The notes beneath the pieces are model-generated. The model saw nothing but the letters and a program-made list of their open reading frames with translations. It was not told the origin of the DNA and ran no database searches. 64,000 nucleotides of DNA. Origin: Myxococcota bacterium. Its GTDB lineage: Bacteria; Myxococcota_A; SURF-8. The DNA lies in contig CAXXQS010000002.1 of assembly GCA_963674735.2 (NCBI GenBank), positions 1,696,001-1,760,000 on the forward strand. The letters are read 5' to 3'. Both the position numbers and the translations under genes were made by a program. Every line of letters starts with the position of its first letter. The stretch's first letter is position 1. Of the stretch, positions 58,242 through 64,000 are shown one piece after another.

Positions 58242-59522
58242 TTACTCGGCGCTTTTTCTTTCGATGGTGATCGCCGGGGTGGTGGCCAGGTAGTCGTCCT
58301 CGAAGTATTTCCAGTAGCGTTCATCCTGGTTGACGAAGATGTTCAGATAGGCGGTCGTGGCGGTGTTGATCAGACCATAGGCGAGATCGGGATCGGTGAA
58401 ACCGGTTCCACACCCGTATTCGGGAAGGTTGAGAATCTCGCACATGTTGGAGAACGTGAAGTGCCCCGCTCCTTCCAGCTCCCAGTAAATCGTGTCGGGG
58501 TGAGTGGCGTGTTCGAAGAAGGGGTAGACTTCCGAGACCGCCGGGATGGTGTCGTCCAATTCGCCTGCCATCAGCAGCATGGGGACGTCGATGGCTTCGA
58601 TTTCGCCTTCTTTAAATACCGCTTGCAGGGCCGGACACATGGGTACCGAGACCAGGATGCGGTCGTCTTTGAAACTACAGGGCGTGCAGTCCTCCGCATA
58701 GGACATGTCGGCGTCTTCCAGCATATCCTCGCAAAAACGCCAGCCGCCGGTCCAGTTTTCTTCGCCCAATTCCTCGCATTTATCAAGGAAATCGTTCATG
58801 TCGAAGGCTGGGCCTAACACGGCGATGACGGAGTAAGCGCCGAAACTGTGGCCGGTAGCGCCGATGCGGGCCGGGTCGATTTTACCTTCGAGCATATGGC
58901 CGGAGGTGGTGTTCCATTCCAAGAGCGTATCGATCATCAGCGATAGATCCTGTGGACGGTCCAAGGCGCTTTTCACCAGGTATTTGTCATCCTGGGTCCC
59001 GGTGGTGTCTTCGATGTGATCGCAGGCGGCAACGATGAAACCGTGGGTGGTCAGGTATTCGGTGAGGAAGTAGCTCTGGGCGTCGAAACTCTGGTGGCCG
59101 TGGGAGAAGACGATCAGTGGAAATGGCCCGGGGGTTTCCGTCAACGGAGCGTCTTCGATGGCGCTGCCGAGTGGGATAACACCCTGATAATACATGATAT
59201 CACCTTCCGATTGATCGGTTGGATACCAAACCGTGCCGGTCAGGTCGCGCCCGCGCGCGGCATCGACGAAGCGAGTGGAAAAGGCGCCGACGTGATAGGG
59301 ACCGGGATCTTCGGCGGGCAGGAATTCCGGTTCGTCGCCGTCCGGGTCATCGCCATCGGGTTCGTCGCCGTCGGGGTCATCACCGTCGGGATCATCACCG
59401 TCGGGGCTGTCGCCATCCGGGTTGTCGCCATCGGTCGGCGCTGTTTCGTCATCGGACCCGCAGGCCGATAGCGCGAATAATAACAAAGCGATCGAGCATC
59501 CGATTATCCACTTTCGCAACAT
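58242..59522 (-). CDS. Lipoprotein with a (DGDxP)7 tether and an alpha/beta hydrolase (PAF-acetylhydrolase/dienelactone hydrolase-like)
   Basis: Lipobox LSAC; VWYP, FPLIVFSHG, GHSFG nucleophile elbow, GELDD, AGHFTF. Confidence 0.88.
   Translation of the reverse strand: MLRKWIIGCSIALLLFALSACGSDDETAPTDGDNPDGDSPDGDDPDGDDPDGDEPDGDDPDGDEPEFLPAEDPGPYHVGAFSTRFVDAARGRDLTGTVWYPTDQSEGDIMYYQGVIPLGSAIEDAPLTETPGPFPLIVFSHGHQSFDAQSYFLTEYLTTHGFIVAACDHIEDTTGTQDDKYLVKSALDRPQDLSLMIDTLLEWNTTSGHMLEGKIDPARIGATGHSFGAYSVIAVLGPAFDMNDFLDKCEELGEENWTGGWRFCEDMLEDADMSYAEDCTPCSFKDDRILVSVPMCPALQAVFKEGEIEAIDVPMLLMAGELDDTIPAVSEVYPFFEHATHPDTIYWELEGAGHFTFSNMCEILNLPEYGCGTGFTDPDLAYGLINTATTAYLNIFVNQDERYWKYFEDDYLATTPAITIERKSAE
59328..59432 (-). 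repeat. 15-bp coding tandem repeat, 7 units of DGD[NSDE]P
   Basis: gatggcgacaacccg-type units. Confidence 0.95.
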
Positions 59523-59609
59523 GATACACCTCTGCTTCTTGATTTAATGGTCGGATCGTGCGTGACCGGAACCAGCATAGCGCCATCGGTCGTGGCGGGC
59601 AAGATTTCC

Positions 59610-60788
59610 TTAATCCTTGTTACGTTTCCGGGTTGGACCGAGTACCTCTTTTCCGAAGCGCTCGACGATGGCATCGGAGGCGGCGGCCAGACGGCGCTGG
59701 CGAGCGTCGGCGGGGGCGAACAGGTCGAGTTGTCCGTCTTCCGACCACTCCGAGAGTCCCAGGCCGATCAAACGCACCGGGCGTCCCAGAAATCCGCTGG
59801 ACTCCAGCAGCCTCCAGGCTTCGTGAAAAAGAGCGTTGGCGAGGTCGGTGGGAGTGGCCAGGGTATGGCGGCGGGTGTGGGTTTCGAAGTTTTCGAGGCG
59901 GATCTTGAGTTGGACGCAACGCCCGCGCAGGCCGTGTTTGCGCGCTCGTCGCGCCACGGTGTCGGCCTGTTCGCGCAGAACCGCGCGCAGACGCTCCGGG
60001 TCGCGTTCGTCGTGGCCGAAGGTGTATTCTTTCGAAATGGAGCGGCGTTCCTCGCTGTCGCCGACCCGCGTTGAGCCGATTCCGTGCGATTGGCGGTGCA
60101 AGAGCGTGCCCGCCGTATCGCCGAAACGGTGTCGCAGATCGTCGAGGGCGAAGCGGCGCAGCTGTTCGACACGCCGAATTCCGGCTCGTTCGAGGCGCTC
60201 GACCAGCTTCGGTCCTACGCCGCGCAGCGCCGACACCGGCAGCGGGGCGAGGAAGTCGAGCACGCGCTCGGCCGGGACGATCGTCAGCCCGTCGGGTTTG
60301 TCGAAGTCGGAGGCGATTTTAGCCACCAGCCGGTTGGGGGCGATCCCCACCGAAGCGGTGAGCCCGGTGGCGGTGTGGATCAGATCCTTGGCGCGTCGGC
60401 CGATGGCGTCGGGCGGACCCACCAGCCGTTCCAGGCCTGCGATATCGACATACGCTTCGTCGATGGAGACCGGCTCCACCGTGGGGGAGAGCGCTTCCAG
60501 GGCCGCCATCACCCGCTGCGACTCGGCGGTATAGCGCGACATGTCGGGCTTGAGATAGACGGCGTCGGGGCAGCGTCGATAAGCCTCATTGATGGGCATG
60601 GCCGAATGGACGCCGAAGCGACGCGCCTCATACGAACAGGTAGACACTACGCCCCGGTGACCCGGTTGCGCTCCGATCACCACCGCGCGTCCGGCCAGTT
60701 CCGGGTGGTCGCGTTGCTCGACGGCCGCGAAAAAGGCGTCCATATCGACGTGCATCACGAGCGGTTCGGATTGTGTTGAAACTGGCAT
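59610..60788 (-). CDS. dinB: DNA polymerase IV
   Basis: HVDMDAFFAAVE, SYEARRFGVHSAMP, SIDEAY, AKIASDFDKPDG; start reset because the ORF-track start overlaps the tRNA. Confidence 0.95.
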   Translation of the reverse strand: MPVSTQSEPLVMHVDMDAFFAAVEQRDHPELAGRAVVIGAQPGHRGVVSTCSYEARRFGVHSAMPINEAYRRCPDAVYLKPDMSRYTAESQRVMAALEALSPTVEPVSIDEAYVDIAGLERLVGPPDAIGRRAKDLIHTATGLTASVGIAPNRLVAKIASDFDKPDGLTIVPAERVLDFLAPLPVSALRGVGPKLVERLERAGIRRVEQLRRFALDDLRHRFGDTAGTLLHRQSHGIGSTRVGDSEERRSISKEYTFGHDERDPERLRAVLREQADTVARRARKHGLRGRCVQLKIRLENFETHTRRHTLATPTDLANALFHEAWRLLESSGFLGRPVRLIGLGLSEWSEDGQLDLFAPADARQRRLAAASDAIVERFGKEVLGPTRKRNKD

Positions 60789-60816
60789 TGGCTTTCCCAG
60801 CGGTTGATTCGCCCCT

Positions 60817-60845
60817 ATCCTGGCCGCGCCGCGCCGGGATGTCAA
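60817..60845 (-). promoter_or_regulatory. sigma70-type promoter of dinB
   Basis: TTGACA-N17-CAGGAT on the - strand, downstream of the tRNA terminator. Confidence 0.5.
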
Positions 60846-60869
60846 GCGGGGGAGATGGGGGAGGGAACG

Positions 60870-60895
60870 AAAAAACCCCGCGTGTGCGGGGCTTT
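60870..60895 (-). terminator. Terminator after tRNA-Arg
   Basis: AAAGCCCCGC-ACAC-GCGGGGTTTTTT on the - strand. Confidence 0.8.
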
Positions 60896-60900
60896 CGATT

Positions 60901-60977
60901 TGGTACGCCATGCAGGACTCGAACCTGCAACCCTCGGCTTAGAAGGCCGATGCTCTGTCCGGTTGAGCTAATGGCGC
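60901..60977 (-). tRNA. tRNA-Arg(TCT)
   Basis: GCGCCAT acceptor, TCGGC-CTTCTAA-GCCGA anticodon arm, GGTTCGAGTCC T-arm, CCA. Confidence 0.97.
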
Positions 60978-60992
60978 ATAGGTTCCTCTGTC

Positions 60993-62816
60993 TCAGGCTT
61001 TGGCGGCGGCCGCCTCCTTGGCCTGCGCGGATTTCTTGCCGATCCACCATTGCTGGGCGATCGTCATCACCGTATTGGCCAGAATATACAAGACCAACCC
61101 GGAAGGCAAGACCAGCATGAAGACGAACATCATCACCGGCATCATGTACATCATCATCTTCTGCTGCTGCGAATCGGGGGTGGGTGTGAGTTTTTGCTGT
61201 ACGAACATCAACACACCTAAAAGCGCCGGGAGAATATAGTAAGGATCGGGACGCACGAGGTCGGTCAACCAGCCGGGAATGAAGGGTTCGTTGTAGAGCT
61301 CCACCGCGTTTTGCAGCATTTTGTAAAGCGCAATGTAGACGGGCATCTGCAACAGCATCGGCAAACAGCCGCCCATGGGGTTGACCCCCTCCCGTTTGTA
61401 CAACTCCATCATCTGCTTGTTGAATTCCTGTTTGTCCTCCCCGTGCTTGGCCTTCAACTCGTCCATCTTGGGTTTGAGTTCCTTCATCTTCTGCATCGAC
61501 TGGAAGGATTTGTAGGTCAAGGGGTACAGAATGAGCTTGATCAGGATGGTCAGAATGATGATCGCGATGCCCCAGTTGTACACGAACTTGTAACTGTATT
61601 TCAGCACCCACAACATGGGTTTGGCCAGTGCGCCCAATACCCAGAAATCCACCGATTCGTCCAGGCGGTGCCCCACCTTGGTCAAGGTGGTGTACTCCTT
61701 GGGACCGATGAACATCTGGTAGGAAAGATCCTTGCTTTCACCGGGCATGACACGCTGCTTTTCCAACATGTGTGTTACCGCCAGCCAGTTGTGCGTCCCC
61801 TCCGTGCCCAAGGCGTCGGTAGAGGCCTGCTGGACGTTCTTGATGGTGATCTGGGAGCGCAGGTCGTCGGGCGGCAGCAGCGACAGCAGGAAATAGCGGT
61901 CATCGATGCCGGCCCATAAAATCTGACCTTTGAGGATCTTGGCGGTCTGCAATTCTTCCTTGTCCGTCTCTTCGTACAATTCGCCGTCGATGAAGGCCTT
62001 GGGAATCTGCAGGTTGAGCGGCATGGAGCCGAAGATGCCTTGTTGCACGTTGGCATCGTTCTGGTGGCTGACGAGGCGGATTTTGGGGAAGAAACTGGCC
62101 GGAGCGGCGGCCCGGTTTTCCACCGAAAGTATCAGGCTGAAGACGTAGTCGCCTTTGAAGGCAAAACGCTTGCGTAACACCACGCCCTGGGGCGTTTCGT
62201 ATCGATAGACCACCGACGTGTCGTCGGCGTCTTCGAGTTCGAAGGTGGTGTCGGGGTCGTAACTGAAATTCGCCTGATCGAATAGGAGCGTGCCGGGAAA
62301 GTTTTCAGGTTCCTTGACCGTCACCACGTCCACCTGGCGACGCTCGTCTTCGGAACCCGGCACCGGTTCGGAATATTTGTCGGATTTCAGGATGAACGAC
62401 TTCAAACGAGCGCCACGGTTGGTAAAGGTGGCGAGGAACTCGTTTGTTTCGATAATCGTATTCTGCTCGGCCGGGACCGGAGCTTCAGCCTTGGCCGGGG
62501 GTTCCGCTTCGAGAGTCGGTGCGGTGTCGGCGCTTTTCTCCTCGGAATCGGCGGCGATGGCCGGAGTGTCGGTCTCCGCGACGGCTGGTGCATCGGATTC
62601 CGCATTCAGCGCGGGCAGCATGCTTTCGGGTTTCTCACCGACGGCCGTCGGCTCGTCGAAACTCGGTTTGACGGCGTCGGGAACCGGGGCTTTTTCGGCA
62701 ACCGCCGGCTTTTTAACCGGCGTCGGCGCTTTGGGCGGCGGCGGATTGATGACGACATTCCACAGGAAGAGGATTCCCATCGAAAGTACCAGGGCGAGAA
62801 TCAGGCGACGTTCCAC
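60993..62816 (-). CDS. yidC: Membrane protein insertase YidC
   Basis: NWGIAIIILT, YKREGVNPMGGCLP, DPYYILP, LPSGLVLY. Confidence 0.96.
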   Translation of the reverse strand: MERRLILALVLSMGILFLWNVVINPPPPKAPTPVKKPAVAEKAPVPDAVKPSFDEPTAVGEKPESMLPALNAESDAPAVAETDTPAIAADSEEKSADTAPTLEAEPPAKAEAPVPAEQNTIIETNEFLATFTNRGARLKSFILKSDKYSEPVPGSEDERRQVDVVTVKEPENFPGTLLFDQANFSYDPDTTFELEDADDTSVVYRYETPQGVVLRKRFAFKGDYVFSLILSVENRAAAPASFFPKIRLVSHQNDANVQQGIFGSMPLNLQIPKAFIDGELYEETDKEELQTAKILKGQILWAGIDDRYFLLSLLPPDDLRSQITIKNVQQASTDALGTEGTHNWLAVTHMLEKQRVMPGESKDLSYQMFIGPKEYTTLTKVGHRLDESVDFWVLGALAKPMLWVLKYSYKFVYNWGIAIIILTILIKLILYPLTYKSFQSMQKMKELKPKMDELKAKHGEDKQEFNKQMMELYKREGVNPMGGCLPMLLQMPVYIALYKMLQNAVELYNEPFIPGWLTDLVRPDPYYILPALLGVLMFVQQKLTPTPDSQQQKMMMYMMPVMMFVFMLVLPSGLVLYILANTVMTIAQQWWIGKKSAQAKEAAAAKA

Positions 62817-62841
62817 AGGCCCTCTCCTTGAGGTTCGGTCG

Positions 62842-63090
62842 TTAACGGTCGCGTTTCACGCGCGGCCAGCCGTTTTCCACCGGATCGTAACCGCCGGGAA
62901 AAAGCGGGTGGCAGCGTAAAAGCCGAGTCATACTCTTAAGTCCTCCGATGATCAGGCCGTAGCGCGTCACCGCCTCGATGGCGTAGTCGGAGCAGGTCGG
63001 ATGGAAGCGGCAGCGAGGTCCGAGCCAGGGAGAAATGATCCGCTGGTAAAGCCGAACCGGTAACACCGCCAGCCATCTCAGCCACATCAT
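62842..63090 (-). CDS. yidD: Membrane protein insertion efficiency factor YidD
   Basis: [20 protein letters not shown]. Confidence 0.95.
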   Translation of the reverse strand: MMWLRWLAVLPVRLYQRIISPWLGPRCRFHPTCSDYAIEAVTRYGLIIGGLKSMTRLLRCHPLFPGGYDPVENGWPRVKRDR

Positions 63091-63461
63091 GCCTGCATCT
63101 CCCGTTTGCGGCGCTGGTGGGCAAAGCGGCGGACCATTGTCTCGAACTCCTTGGCCACCAGATGGAACGGCGCGGGACGGGGGAGCTGACGTCGGGGAAT
63201 GACCACGATGTCCATGCCCTCACCTTCGAAGGGTTGCAGCAGCCGGAACGCTTCACGGCAGACACGCTTGATGCGGTTGCGCACCACGGCGCAGCCGACT
63301 TTCTTGCTGACGATCAGCCCCAAGCGGGCGTGCTCCACTTCGTTCGGCCGCAGTAGAAACACAAAGCAATTCGTGACGATCTTGCGGTTATCGGCCTGTA
63401 CTTTAAGAAAGTGACCGCGCCGCAAAATGCGCCTTGATCGAGGGAAACCGTTTGGTTTCAT
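63087..63461 (-). CDS. rnpA: Ribonuclease P protein component
   Basis: [24 protein letters not shown] motif. Confidence 0.95.
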   Translation of the reverse strand: MKPNGFPRSRRILRRGHFLKVQADNRKIVTNCFVFLLRPNEVEHARLGLIVSKKVGCAVVRNRIKRVCREAFRLLQPFEGEGMDIVVIPRRQLPRPAPFHLVAKEFETMVRRFAHQRRKREMQA

Positions 63462-63469
63462 TCACCTAT

Positions 63470-63619
63470 TTATTTGTGTCCGATCTGCACGGTCAGAAGT
63501 TTACGGCCTTTCGAACGACGAGCAGCCAGCACCTTGCGGCCATTGGCCGTCGCCATCCGGGCGCGAAAACCATGGGTGCGCAGCCGACGTTTGTTATGCG
63601 GATTATATGTTGGTTTCAC
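63470..63619 (-). CDS. rpmH: 50S ribosomal protein L34 (missing from the ORF track)
   Basis: Manual translation [49 protein letters not shown]; GTG start after GAGGTGA. Confidence 0.95.
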   Translation of the reverse strand: MKPTYNPHNKRRLRTHGFRARMATANGRKVLAARRSKGRKLLTVQIGHK

Positions 63620-63877
63620 GGCTCACCTCTCCGTTTGTTACCTATAAAAACCCTAATCGCTCAGGGGGCAGAAGTGAAGCATTAATACCCCGCGATGTCA
63701 AGTTATTTTGCCTCACGCTCCCTTGTGCGAGTGCTCGGTGTTTCGCAACGAGCGGGACATCGTATCTTCGCAAACCTTATAACGGAAAAGCCTTGCGAAG
63801 TCATGAAAAATCGTTCAGAATTAGACGGTTTTCCAAGCAGTATCATTACCCAAAATCGACTCAGGCGAAGTGGGGCC

Positions 63878-64000
63878 ATGGCAGAAGAAACTCTGAACCG
63901 AAAAATGCGAATCTTGGTTGTGGACGATGATCGGGAGTTGACCTCCGGTTTTATCAAGCTGCTCGAAGGTGAGGAGTTTGAAGTTCACGGTTTTTACAGC
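63878..64000 (+). CDS. Response regulator receiver domain protein, truncated by the window edge
   Basis: Manual translation MAEETLNRKMRILVVDDDRELTSGFIKLLEGEEFEVHGFYS; ILVVDD receiver motif. Confidence 0.75.
   Translation, partial: MAEETLNRKMRILVVDDDRELTSGFIKLLEGEEFEVHGFYS

Noticed and set aside
50257-59432. Tandem repeats as a CRISPR array
   Set aside because: 15-bp head-to-tail in-frame coding units with no unique spacers and no cas genes
60789-60911. N-terminal extension of DinB given by the ORF track
   Set aside because: Overlaps tRNA-Arg, its terminator and a promoter; the real start is near 60788
63620-63877. oriC next to rpmH
   Set aside because: No DnaA-box cluster and no dnaA; a receiver-domain gene starts at 63878

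Overview
Deltaproteobacteria/Myxococcota-like chromosomal segment (taxonomy inferred from gene content) in three blocks. (1) 0.26-27.0 kb, + strand: a flagellar cluster. It starts with a PilZ protein and a vWA/acidic-tail membrane protein, then a TPR protein and a receiver-less sigma54 activator, then flgBC-fliEFGHI-motE-like-fliK-flgD-TIGR02530-flgE and motA-motB-motB-fliLMNOPQR-flhB. It has three sigma54 promoters. fliJ and flhA are absent from their usual positions. (2) 27-46.8 kb, mostly - strand: housekeeping and envelope genes (acyl-CoA dehydrogenase, radical SAM/SPASM, Mla/MCE transporter, CcdA-thioredoxin fusion, murB, PduO-type adenosyltransferase, TroRABCD-like metal operon, GT-C-like membrane protein). 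(3) 46.9-59.5 kb: an accessory array around tRNA-His with seven lipoproteins that share an acidic DGD motif or (DGDxP)n tandem repeat after the lipid-anchored Cys but carry unrelated payload domains. The window ends with dinB, tRNA-Arg(TCT), yidC-yidD-rnpA-rpmH and a truncated response regulator where dnaA would usually be. Best leads: the DGD-tether lipoprotein family; two MotB paralogues that split the ion-binding Asp and the peptidoglycan-binding motif; an anti-SD RNA structure between the TIGR02530 gene and flgE; and two FGE-sulfatase lipoproteins with conserved frameworks and hypervariable AT-rich loops. All family assignments come from motif recognition by eye, not from database searches.
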